From Candidatus Latescibacterota bacterium (lineage in GTDB: Bacteria; Latescibacterota; UBA2968; UBA8231): DNA of 64,000 nt. Position numbers and translations under genes: made by a program. Every line of letters begins with the position of its first letter. Position 1 is the first letter of the stretch. Below the pieces are notes generated by a model, which worked only from the letters and a program-made list of their open reading frames with translations, made no database searches and had not been told where the DNA came from. The stretch is from NCBI GenBank assembly GCA_965203175.1, contig OZ241867.1, forward strand, positions 1,984,001-2,048,000. Direction: 5' to 3'. Shown here in pieces: positions 42,001-51,227 of the stretch.

Positions 42001-42338
42001 CATTCCCCGTCTAACTACGGGAGCCTCCGCGCTCGTCGAGCGAGCTTTGGCAGAACCCGGATCTATTCACGGGGGGATACACCCTGCCCCTGCTGAGAAT
42101 GGCGAACGGAAGAGACGCGAAGCCCTGTTGCTGATTCGCTGAAGGGCTCCCGGTGCTGAGTGGTTAGCCGCTAGGTCGTTGAGCGGCTTTGCCGGATAAT
42201 TGGGTTATCAATCCCTGAGGTCGCGCGTTACAGTGCGCGCCGAGTCTGGGCTATGCGCCGTCACCGGCGCAGTCGCACTTGCTCCCCTGTCTCTTCCGTG
42301 CGGCCACAACAAGTGTGGCCGGACTGCTCTAGTTGTCC
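42001..42338 (-). ncRNA. Candidate structured ncRNA immediately downstream of DIP1984-like gene
   Basis: 11-bp long-range stem ACGGAAGAGAC (42106-42116)/GTCTCTTCCGT (42289-42299) enclosing at least 5 hairpins; GNRA loop and G-U pairs fit the minus strand; boundaries approximate. Confidence 0.6.
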
Positions 42339-42875
42339 TTACTGTTCGTCAGCATATTCTACCTCTACCTCGAACGACGCGGCGCGGATCTGCCGATTGA
42401 GCTGGCGGAACTCGACGCGCGCCTCGTTGAGACGGGTGCGGCAGTCGTCGTAGGGCAACTCGTTGTCCTCGACGATGTCGCGCTCCTCCTTGTGGAGGAT
42501 CCGCTCATAGGCAGAATCGACGACTTGGGTGTGCAGTTCTCCGAGGCGGTCGTTGAGCGCTTTGCGGGTCTCAAGGGCCTCGGTGAGGCTCATGTCGTCG
42601 CCCCCGTGTTCAACGCGATGCTCGAAGTTGGCACGCTGGATCGCGGCGTTCAGTTTGCGGCGTTTGAACTCGAGGGAGCGCAACTGGTTGCGCGCCTCGG
42701 AGATACTGAATCCGGGTGCTGGCCGGCGCGAGGAGTCGTTGTCTCGACGGGAGAATAGGTCTCGATTCTGGCGCGCCTCGGGTAGGCAGTCGCGCAGCGT
42801 CTTGATGCGGGCGTCGTATTCGCCGCGCAATTCTAGGGCTTCGTAGAGTCTGATGGTCTTTCTGGCTTCGGTCAT
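42339..42875 (-). CDS. DIP1984/DUF6847-like coiled-coil protein
   Basis: LYEALELR...IQRANF / LTEALETR...IRAASF internal two-fold repeat typical of this family; AGGAGG RBS. Confidence 0.7.
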   Translation of the reverse strand: MTEARKTIRLYEALELRGEYDARIKTLRDCLPEARQNRDLFSRRDNDSSRRPAPGFSISEARNQLRSLEFKRRKLNAAIQRANFEHRVEHGGDDMSLTEALETRKALNDRLGELHTQVVDSAYERILHKEERDIVEDNELPYDDCRTRLNEARVEFRQLNRQIRAASFEVEVEYADEQ

Positions 42876-43079
42876 ACCTCACCTCCTTCTAGTTTCACCG
42901 GGAGATGAGTCGAAATTCGAGGGGATGTAGAACAGTCGCAATAGTTCGGCGACTTTTTTGTGTGGGTACCTGCTCAGGTGACACCTTGCTGATCATTTCG
43001 GTCTGCTGGCTAGTTGTTTTGAGTAAGCCAATGGCTCACCTTTTAAGCATATGATTGAGAGCATTCGATGGAGGAAGGC

Positions 43080-43271
43080 ATGAGTGAAATCGGTGGCAAG
43101 ATTATAGACGGGTTGCGCGATGCACTGAAGTATGCAGAAGGCGAGACGGAAGACAATAAAGAGCATCACGTCTTAATACCTGAGCGCGTCGATGTGCGGG
43201 ATGTGCGTCAACGGCTCAATATGACTCAGAATTTGCATAGTTCTTCGGACTCAGCGTCTACCCGTACTTAA
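43080..43271 (+). pseudogene. Truncated HigA-like HTH antitoxin/regulator
   Basis: IIDGLRDAL...VDVRDVRQRLNMTQ breaks off at the start of the HTH; no toxin upstream. Confidence 0.6.
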
Positions 43272-43341
43272 TACACGGCTGCTTCAGGCGGTATTATGCC
43301 TATTGGCGGCCACCAACCCTGTCTCTTGAGGAGAATCTGCG

Positions 43342-44457
43342 ATGAGCGATAATCAGAGGGCACAAACCGCTGAAGCTCTCTTGGATGCATTCAGTCAACA
43401 GGTCCCACTACGTCCCGAGCGCCTGCCGACCTTTATGGAGATTACACGTTATCCGCATTACGAGGATGTGTGCAGCAACATTCTTGCTTTTTTCTTTGAT
43501 CCAGATAATCCGCACGGGCTCGAAACGCTGTTCTTGGATGCTCTTGCACAGGTTGGCGACATTGAGGATAAAGCAGGGACGCTAGGTCGCAATGTTCAGG
43601 TAGGCCGGGAAGATCCCACCGATGCCGGGCGTATCGATATTCTCATTCAGTCCGATAGCCACGCGGTCCTAATCGAGAATAAGATTTTTCGGCCCGTTGA
43701 CAATCCACTCGACGACTATGCGAAGTACCTTGATTCCTTGCCACAATGCCACAAATACAGGTTTCTTCTCACTCTTAAGCCTGTAGACGAAAGTACCAAA
43801 CGCGATATCGAATGCTATGGGTTTCAGAATATCACACACGAGGATTTGGCAAACGAAATCCGCGGGCTTCTCGGGGTCTACGTTGCCAACGCGGATACTC
43901 GTTATCTCACGTTCATGCTTGATTTTCTAAATACACTTGACTATTTGCCGGAGGATATGGCTATGGATCAGAAATTTATTGACTTCCTCAAGAACCGTCC
44001 TGAAGGAGAGGTTGAAAATTTTCTCAACCAAATCAACGAGTTCAAGAAAGGACTCCGCAAACAAATTGATTTGCTTGAGGAGCGAATTGATGTCAGCTCC
44101 TACGATAACGTAAGCCCGAGTAGGTATCGAGAGAGTAACAACCTTTTTGATGTTCTCGCGTATGACATCACACTTTCTTTTTTCGAGAACAAGGTTGTGG
44201 TAGAAACGGTCATCGACTGCAAAGGTTGGAAAGTCCAGATCTGGCTTCGGAGAGGCGCAGGGGGTGGACCGGTTACCAATCCTGGCCGACGTGAAGAGTT
44301 GCTAACGCTGCTGCGTCGTTTGGGTATTCCGCTTAAGAAAGAGGAAGGCAAGCGTTTCCTGCTGGACAGTTCCGAAGATGTGGCAAATTTGAATCAGATT
44401 GTTCGGATCGTCCAAGGCGTCTTGGATAAGCTCGCCGACAGCGACGGTACTTCTTAG
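43342..44457 (+). CDS. PD-(D/E)XK nuclease family protein
   Basis: EDVCSNILAFFFDP..PHGL, GRIDILI, VLIENKI. Confidence 0.8.
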   Translation: MSDNQRAQTAEALLDAFSQQVPLRPERLPTFMEITRYPHYEDVCSNILAFFFDPDNPHGLETLFLDALAQVGDIEDKAGTLGRNVQVGREDPTDAGRIDILIQSDSHAVLIENKIFRPVDNPLDDYAKYLDSLPQCHKYRFLLTLKPVDESTKRDIECYGFQNITHEDLANEIRGLLGVYVANADTRYLTFMLDFLNTLDYLPEDMAMDQKFIDFLKNRPEGEVENFLNQINEFKKGLRKQIDLLEERIDVSSYDNVSPSRYRESNNLFDVLAYDITLSFFENKVVVETVIDCKGWKVQIWLRRGAGGGPVTNPGRREELLTLLRRLGIPLKKEEGKRFLLDSSEDVANLNQIVRIVQGVLDKLADSDGTS

Positions 44458-44628
44458 CTGGAGTGCAGTGTTGTCTCCAGCCCCTCCCACTTCGGGTCTT
44501 CTTTTGCCATCCATCCACGAATCTGTCGGAGTGATTCGACATCTTCGGTCGCCTGCCCGCCCGGCATTGTATAGCCGCTGAATCATCCCGCGTAACTACT
44601 CGGGAAACACCTTTTCTATAGTGCCCAC

Positions 44629-47600
44629 CTATCGGCGGCTATCAGAAGGCATTCCAGCGATTACTTCCACCAGTTCCGCCACGACGGCCACCTCGCCCTC
44701 GTCGGCGCACGTGAGGACGATGGGCTCGAACTCGGGATTGGTCGGCTTCAACGTGATCTTGGCGTGCTGCCATGAGTTACCGTCTTGGATCTTCTTACTT
44801 TCGTATCGCTTGAGGGTGTACCGCGCCCCGGTCTCGGGGTCGATAGCGTCGTGGAGTTGAACCAGTACCGTCTTACCCTGGCGTGTGCCCTCTACGGGGG
44901 CGCGGAACAAACCATGTGCTCCGTTGGGGACCGTGGGTTCCATTGAGTGGCCCACGATCTGCGCGACGAACATCCCCGGTCGCAAGCGGTGTGCAGAATC
45001 CACCTCGACCCACTCCCAGTCCTCCTCGGCTGCCACGTTCTGGGGGTTGCCGAACTCGCCAGCCGCGATTGCAAGCGGCACGAGCGGAACACAAGTGACG
45101 TAACGCTCGTCGGGCTTAGCGGCGACGATGCGCAAAGCAGGCGGCGAGGCCGCGTCAAGTTGGGTCGCATCCACATCCCGGAGCCGCTGGTACGCCTGAG
45201 ACGTCAGCCACTCGCTCACTAACTGTTGAAACGGTTGGTCGTTCATGTAGCGGACGAAGATCTCCTCGTTCTGGTCCATGCGCTCAACGAAGAGTCGTTC
45301 CAGAAGGTTCCTGAACACCAACTCGAATTTGTCCTCTGGGTTCACGGCGGCTGCTTGGCGTAATCCATCGTCACTCATGGCAGCTTCGACGATCTGATCG
45401 AAAAAGAGCTGATCGGCCTGATTGAAGTCGGTACCGAAGCGTTCATTGACAACGTCAATGAGCTGCGAAAGCGGCACTGACTCCTCATGTACAGCGCCGC
45501 TGCCGACCTCGGTCGGCCCATCCAGAGCGTGCGCGTCACCCCCCGCGAGGGAGATTGAGCCCTCACTGATCTTCTGGAGGCGGTAGTATTCAAGCCGCAC
45601 CTCGTCATCGAACTGATAGGCGGGACCGCTCCGGCGTCGTGGCAGCTTTGCCGCCAGATGACGCAGGAATACGTACAGGCGTTCGAGGTCCGAGTCTTGG
45701 TACGGGATGACCTGACTCAGGAAGCCGTAGAGGTTGCGAAAGGCTTGGATCTTTCCGCGCCAGAGTTCTGCTTCGTCCCCGTCGTCTTGCTGCAGGGCTT
45801 TAAAGCGCGACACCGCAGGATCGAGCGCGGCATTCATTGCTTGGTGATCTTGGGCGCTATGACGCTGCTTTGGCTTGAAATATACTTCACAGAACCGCTC
45901 GACTTCTTCATAGAGATAGATTCCGGCTGCGTCGAGTTCCCCTTTGACTGCGTACATGCGGGCGGGGTCGACCTCCGCTCCCATCTCCGCCCCTTCGTAG
46001 TAAACCTTGAACGCCTCGCGGATTTCTTCGCGGTCGTTTACGAAGTCGAGAACGAAAGTGTCCTCCTTGAGCGGATGTGTGCGGTTCAGGCGGGAGAGCG
46101 TCTGGACTGCTTGGATGCCAGCGAGCCGCTTGTCCACGTACATCGTGTGCAGGAGCGGCTGATCGAACCCGGTCTGGTATTTCTCCGCGACGAGCAACAC
46201 CTGATACTCTGGAGTTGCGAACTTCTCTGGAAGCTCCTTCTCTCGGATGCCTAGGTTCATCTTCTCCTCGGTATATGACTCGTTTGGGAGTTGGTCGTCC
46301 CGAACCTCTCCCGAGAAGGCTACCAGTGTTTTGATTGCGTATTGCTTCTTTTGGATGTAGCGATCAAAGCTCTGCTTGTATCGCACCGCTTCCAGCCGGG
46401 AGCCGGTGACCACCATGGCTTTGGCGCGGCCGCCGATCTTGTGGCGCGTGACGGCGTGGAAGTGCTCGACCATTACCTCGGTCTTTTGCGCGATGTTGTG
46501 GGGATGCAGGCGCAGAAAGCGCGCCAGCGCCAGTGCTGCTTTTTTCCGCTCAACGTTTGGATCGTCTTGGCACGCCTTAAGCAATTTGAAGTAGGTCGCG
46601 TACGTGGTGTAGTGCTTGAGCACGTCGAGGATAAACCCTTCCTCGATTGCCTGACGCATTGTGTAGCGATGGACCGGCTCTCCGTCTTGGCCGAACACGG
46701 CAAGGGTCTTGTGTTTGGGCGTGGCTGTAAAGGCGAAGAAACTTAGGTTCGCTTGCCGACCGCGTTTGGCCATGCTGCGGAACAGTTCTTTTTGGTCCTC
46801 GCGGCCTTCCTCCTCGGCGCGCTTCCGAGCCTCCTCCAGCAGGTCTTCGCCCCCGAGGATCTCCTTGAGATCTGTCGATGCCTCCCCTCCCTGCGAGCTG
46901 TGGGCTTCGTCGATGATGACGGCGCAGCGTCGGGTAGGCAGTACGCCTGTCCCCTCAATGCCTTGCTCCTCGGCCATCTTGAGCAACTGCTGCGACACAA
47001 AGGGGAACTTCTGTAACGTGGTGATGATGATTGGAACGGCGTTCTCTAGAGCCTCAGCAAGCTGTCGGGATCGCTCGTCGATTTTTTTCACGACACCGAG
47101 CTTGTGCTCGAACTGGTAGATCGTGTCTTGGAGTTGTTGGTCTAACACGACGCGATCGGTTACCACGATCACGCTGTCGAAGACGCGCTCGTTTGCCTCG
47201 TCATGCAAGGAAGCAAGTCGGTGCGCGAGCCAGCCTATCGTGTTGCTCTTGCCGCTGCCAGCCGAATGCTCAATGAGGTAGTTGTTGCCGATGCCCTCGC
47301 AGCGAGCCTTCTGCACCAGCAGTCGGACGGCATCAAGCTGATGATAGCGCGGGAAGATCATCGTTTCGGCCTTCACTTTGTGGCCGCGGTCGTCGCGCTT
47401 CTCTTCGGTCTGCAAGTGGATGAACCGGGCGAGCACATCGAGTAGGCTGTCCCGGGCGAGCACTTCTTCCCAGAGGTAGGCTGTCCGATAGCTACGGCCC
47501 GCCGGATCGTGCGGATTTCCGGCACCGCCATCACATCCCTTGTCGAAGGGCAGGAAGTGGGTTGCGTCTCCGGCTAGGCGCGTGGTCATGCGCACGCATT

Positions 47601-48186
47601 CGGTATCGACGGCAAAATGGACGAGTGTGCGGCGTTTGAACTCGAAGATCGGCTCGCGGGGGTCGCGGTCGTGCCGGTACTGGTGGATCGCATTCTCTAC
47701 CGTCTGCCCAGTGGGTGGGTTTTTGAGCTCCACTGTGGCGATGGGGATGCCGTTCAGGCTCAGCGTCACGTCGAGCGACTTCTCCGACTGAGGGGAGAAA
47801 CGGAGTTGTCGGGAGAGTCCGAGCCGGTTTGCTGCGTAGCGGGCTTCGAGTTCCGGGTTCAGTTCGTGGGCCGCCTTGAAGAATGCTGCGTGGAGCGTCC
47901 GTCCGTAGCACTTGAAGCCGTGGCGCAGGGTTGCGAGCGAGCCGTTGGCGTCCATCCACTTGCACAGGTCCGTAAGAATCTGCTCGCCGGTTTTATCGCC
48001 GTGGAGCGCTTCTAGCTTGGCCCATTCTACGGGCTGGGTTTCGCGGATGAAGGCGAGGACGGAGTCGGGGAAGATTGCGCGGTCGCGGTCGAAGCCTTCG
48101 CGGGGAATGGAGACATAGCCGTTCTGGAGCAGATGTGCTTCGATTACGGTCTCAAAGGCGGACTCGGAGTGCCTGCTAATGCTCAT
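44629..48186 (-). CDS. hsdR: Type I restriction endonuclease subunit R with C-terminal S24/LexA-like domain
   Basis: ELKN nuclease motif, [34 protein letters not shown]; start MSISRH. Confidence 0.93.
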   Translation of the reverse strand: MSISRHSESAFETVIEAHLLQNGYVSIPREGFDRDRAIFPDSVLAFIRETQPVEWAKLEALHGDKTGEQILTDLCKWMDANGSLATLRHGFKCYGRTLHAAFFKAAHELNPELEARYAANRLGLSRQLRFSPQSEKSLDVTLSLNGIPIATVELKNPPTGQTVENAIHQYRHDRDPREPIFEFKRRTLVHFAVDTECVRMTTRLAGDATHFLPFDKGCDGGAGNPHDPAGRSYRTAYLWEEVLARDSLLDVLARFIHLQTEEKRDDRGHKVKAETMIFPRYHQLDAVRLLVQKARCEGIGNNYLIEHSAGSGKSNTIGWLAHRLASLHDEANERVFDSVIVVTDRVVLDQQLQDTIYQFEHKLGVVKKIDERSRQLAEALENAVPIIITTLQKFPFVSQQLLKMAEEQGIEGTGVLPTRRCAVIIDEAHSSQGGEASTDLKEILGGEDLLEEARKRAEEEGREDQKELFRSMAKRGRQANLSFFAFTATPKHKTLAVFGQDGEPVHRYTMRQAIEEGFILDVLKHYTTYATYFKLLKACQDDPNVERKKAALALARFLRLHPHNIAQKTEVMVEHFHAVTRHKIGGRAKAMVVTGSRLEAVRYKQSFDRYIQKKQYAIKTLVAFSGEVRDDQLPNESYTEEKMNLGIREKELPEKFATPEYQVLLVAEKYQTGFDQPLLHTMYVDKRLAGIQAVQTLSRLNRTHPLKEDTFVLDFVNDREEIREAFKVYYEGAEMGAEVDPARMYAVKGELDAAGIYLYEEVERFCEVYFKPKQRHSAQDHQAMNAALDPAVSRFKALQQDDGDEAELWRGKIQAFRNLYGFLSQVIPYQDSDLERLYVFLRHLAAKLPRRRSGPAYQFDDEVRLEYYRLQKISEGSISLAGGDAHALDGPTEVGSGAVHEESVPLSQLIDVVNERFGTDFNQADQLFFDQIVEAAMSDDGLRQAAAVNPEDKFELVFRNLLERLFVERMDQNEEIFVRYMNDQPFQQLVSEWLTSQAYQRLRDVDATQLDAASPPALRIVAAKPDERYVTCVPLVPLAIAAGEFGNPQNVAAEEDWEWVEVDSAHRLRPGMFVAQIVGHSMEPTVPNGAHGLFRAPVEGTRQGKTVLVQLHDAIDPETGARYTLKRYESKKIQDGNSWQHAKITLKPTNPEFEPIVLTCADEGEVAVVAELVEVIAGMPSDSRR

Positions 48187-48188
48187 GG

Positions 48189-48881
48189 CTACAACTGTCC
48201 TCCGGTACGGTGGACCGGGTTTTCGTTTACATCGAACGATCCCGCGTCGGTACCTACGAAAGCCTCTCTCAACCTTCGACGCATATCGACATCGTCGGCA
48301 AACACGGTCCACCAGATGGAGAACATGCCACGATTGACGGCCGTCTCGACGATCTGCTCACGCAATGATACATTGTTTTTTTGGCTAGCTAGACGATCAT
48401 GAGCGTTTTCCGCCATTTTCCATGCGTTGAACCGTGCCAGCCAGCGTCGATCAGAATCGGTCGGTTTTCGGCCCGCGTTTCCGGGAAACTTATCAAGGCC
48501 AGTCAGGGCGATAGTGTTTCGGGCTCGGACTTGATCGATGCCGACAAGATCGGGATGGGGTTGTACTAATCCGCCATTTACGTATTTGAACGCGCGAAGG
48601 GTGTTATCTTGGTCCGGCCAGTAGTGATCGCCAAGAGCCACATGTTTGGCCCCTTTACTCGAATTGCAGTGGACACAAGCAAGGAGGAAGTTGTCCCAAG
48701 AGTTCCGAAGTGTGGAATGACAAACTTTCGGCTGGATATGTTCGACCGCCAAGTGGGTTTCGATCTGTCGCTCGCAGTAGCTGCAGTAGTCGCCAATGCG
48801 GCACATTAGATCCACTCCGGCATTTCGGTAATGGGCATAAACGGTGGGAGCCCCTCCTTTATCAACCGGTCGCATCGTCAC
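48189..48881 (-). CDS. HNH endonuclease (PtuB/Septu-like)
   Basis: [29 protein letters not shown]. Confidence 0.85.
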   Translation of the reverse strand: MTMRPVDKGGAPTVYAHYRNAGVDLMCRIGDYCSYCERQIETHLAVEHIQPKVCHSTLRNSWDNFLLACVHCNSSKGAKHVALGDHYWPDQDNTLRAFKYVNGGLVQPHPDLVGIDQVRARNTIALTGLDKFPGNAGRKPTDSDRRWLARFNAWKMAENAHDRLASQKNNVSLREQIVETAVNRGMFSIWWTVFADDVDMRRRLREAFVGTDAGSFDVNENPVHRTGGQL

Positions 48882-50109
48882 CTACACCACGCAGCGTCTC
48901 TCGTTCTAACTTTAGTAGGGCCTGAAACGCCGGGTCATCACTGAATGGCATGGACAGTTCGTTCAGACGTTTTTCGGCTGCGGCTAGTTTAGCTGAATTT
49001 TTTTTAGCGTCTCGAAGTAAGCGAAAGTATTCTGCAGCGGCGTCCATCATATCGTGGTAACGCTTGCTTTTTTGAGGCATCTCGACGCCCATCACGTCCT
49101 CAGTGATGTCTTCGATACTTTTGTCCGCGTACTCGCCGAACTCATCGAAGTCAAGGTTGATGAGCTTCCCAAGTCGGAGAGCTTGGATCACGAAGGGTGA
49201 GTGCGTGGTCGCGATGAACTGGCAACGTGGAAAGGCTTCAGTCAGGTTGGGGATGATCTGCCGCTGCCACTTGGGGTGTAAGTGAAGGTCAATCTCGTCG
49301 ATCAGGACGACCGCCTCGGCTTCGGAGGCTGGGTCAGTGAAATTGGGGTTGGCCTGCGCGAGTCGCCGGGTCAGGTCCAATACTAGAGCTAGTATCCCGC
49401 GTTCGCCATCTGAAAGCTGACGGACCGGAATCGCCGTCGTACCTTGGTCAATCCAGAGTTGCGGGAGTTTTTCGTTACCAGGTCGTAAGTTCCCATAACC
49501 CGGAAGGAAACGCGCTATGGCATTCTCGCATGCGGCCAGCATGCGGTCGGCGGCCAAGTGTTCAGTCCGCATGGCCTGCTGGACCTTCAGCCAAGCACCG
49601 AACTCGCTGAGCCTCAGCTCCCGATTTGCGAAGGTATCCGCGAACGCCGCATTTACATCGCCCGAGGCGACGCCCTTCCCGGGAGTTCGTCTCGACGGCA
49701 CAGCTCGATTGGTAGAAAAGAACACTACGAGTGGTCGACCCTCTGGCTCGTCGCCGGAAACTGGTGAGGGGCTTTCGCCGATGAACTGCGTCTTCTGTGT
49801 CTGTGGCATGTCCGCTTGGCGCGGTCTGTGACGGAGGTAAACGTGATCGCGTTCGCCAATCCGAACATGGCACTCAAGCATCGTAACGTCAGCCCCGATG
49901 CGGATATCGTCGATCAAGAGCGCTTTGGCGTTGTTTTGTAACCCGTTCGCCCGTTTCACCACCGCCGAGAGGCAGACCCTCAGCGCATCCAGAACGCTCG
50001 TCTTCCCAACTCCGTTGACGCCGACGATGAGGTTGAAACCCGGCTGGAAGCGGAACTCGGCTGCCTTGATTACGCGGAGGTTGGCTAGCTTGAGACCTAT
50101 GACGATCAT
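48862..50109 (-). CDS. ABC-type ATPase (PtuA/Septu-like)
   Basis: GVNGVGKTS, QLSDGE, LIDEIDLHLHPKWQ, TTHSP. Confidence 0.85.
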   Translation of the reverse strand: MIVIGLKLANLRVIKAAEFRFQPGFNLIVGVNGVGKTSVLDALRVCLSAVVKRANGLQNNAKALLIDDIRIGADVTMLECHVRIGERDHVYLRHRPRQADMPQTQKTQFIGESPSPVSGDEPEGRPLVVFFSTNRAVPSRRTPGKGVASGDVNAAFADTFANRELRLSEFGAWLKVQQAMRTEHLAADRMLAACENAIARFLPGYGNLRPGNEKLPQLWIDQGTTAIPVRQLSDGERGILALVLDLTRRLAQANPNFTDPASEAEAVVLIDEIDLHLHPKWQRQIIPNLTEAFPRCQFIATTHSPFVIQALRLGKLINLDFDEFGEYADKSIEDITEDVMGVEMPQKSKRYHDMMDAAAEYFRLLRDAKKNSAKLAAAEKRLNELSMPFSDDPAFQALLKLERETLRGVGDDATG

Positions 50110-51227
50110 AAAGTGCTCCTTACGTCAATTTGCCCAGTCACGGCCGCCGCGATGAGAGCAGAGCGGCGTTCTTTGAGTAATTCGATGGTCCGATTCGTAA
50201 CCTTTCGCAGGTTATCAATGCCTATTGTTGACCCTGCGATAAACTCGACTATCTCTCTTTGCTCCAGAATCGGTGGAACGGGAATGCGCAGATTCTCAAT
50301 TACCTCCACAGCTAAACCCGGTTGAGCAGCAGATTGCGAATATTGATTCAGATTCATGGCAACCAGCAGTTCACTAAGCCACTTACTCTTGCACTTCTCG
50401 CCAGCCGTCACAACCACTGCGTGTTCTGATGCCCAGAATTGACCGGAGGCATAATGGATATTACCGCACAATGCCCCCTGTCGACCAATTAACACATACT
50501 CCCCTTCGTGTGAATATACCGAAGTAAAACCACGCAATCCGTTTCCCCCAAAAACTGGAAAATCGCCTTCAAGATCAATTAGGTTACTCGTGATTGGTTC
50601 GCCGCTCTTGAGTGTCGCGACTCGCTTTAGTGCCGTAACTTCCCAATGCACCGGAATTTCGCCCAGCCAGGGGATGCCGGAGTCGCGGAGTGGGACGTTT
50701 GGATCAAAGCCACGGGTGACGGCGCGGGTGATGAGCGCACGGCGCTTTTCGGCCAGCAACCTAAGTAATCGTTCTTTTTCCGATACCAGATCATCTATTT
50801 GTGCCGTCTCACGGTTAAGGTAGTCGGCGATGGTGCGCTGTTGGGGGATTGGCGGCACAAGCACATCCTTGGAGTAAGCCGTTTCGCGATTGAGGCCCGG
50901 AATTGCTGCCTCGTCCGTGCCTTCATCCAACTGCAAAGTCTGAAGCAGCCAGTATATCCAGCGTAAATGGTTCCGGCTGGTCGATTCGTCAATGAAGAAG
51001 GTCGTATCGGAAGCGAAGCACGGTTCCGCCGTCCAGTTGACCTTGCCATAAGAGCCTTTTCGCCCAATGATGATCGCCGGCGCTCTAGTGTTAGCTCTTG
51101 AAAAAGAGGCAAACGGTCCGTTGGAGCCAAACACACGAAAAGCACCATCTTGTGGTTCATCACGCGGCAACGTTTCTCCATAGCTTAAACGAGCGACAAA
51201 TTTCAGCTTTGCCCTCGCCCACATCAC
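50106..51227 (-). CDS. hsdS: Type I RM specificity subunit
   Basis: Two TRDs, PPIPQQ/PPILEQ, LITRAVTRG, DSGIPWLGEIP, ALIAAAVTG. Confidence 0.93.
   Translation of the reverse strand: MMWARAKLKFVARLSYGETLPRDEPQDGAFRVFGSNGPFASFSRANTRAPAIIIGRKGSYGKVNWTAEPCFASDTTFFIDESTSRNHLRWIYWLLQTLQLDEGTDEAAIPGLNRETAYSKDVLVPPIPQQRTIADYLNRETAQIDDLVSEKERLLRLLAEKRRALITRAVTRGFDPNVPLRDSGIPWLGEIPVHWEVTALKRVATLKSGEPITSNLIDLEGDFPVFGGNGLRGFTSVYSHEGEYVLIGRQGALCGNIHYASGQFWASEHAVVVTAGEKCKSKWLSELLVAMNLNQYSQSAAQPGLAVEVIENLRIPVPPILEQREIVEFIAGSTIGIDNLRKVTNRTIELLKERRSALIAAAVTGQIDVRSTL

Noticed and set aside
42049-42066. CAGAACCCGG resembling the RNase P RNA 3' conserved box
   Set aside because: No GAGGAAAGTCC 5' box on the same strand, and GNRA/G-U evidence favours the opposite strand
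42001-50109. Retron (msr/msd RNA plus PtuAB effector)
   Set aside because: No reverse transcriptase in the window, and the structured RNA is 6 kb away, attached to another gene
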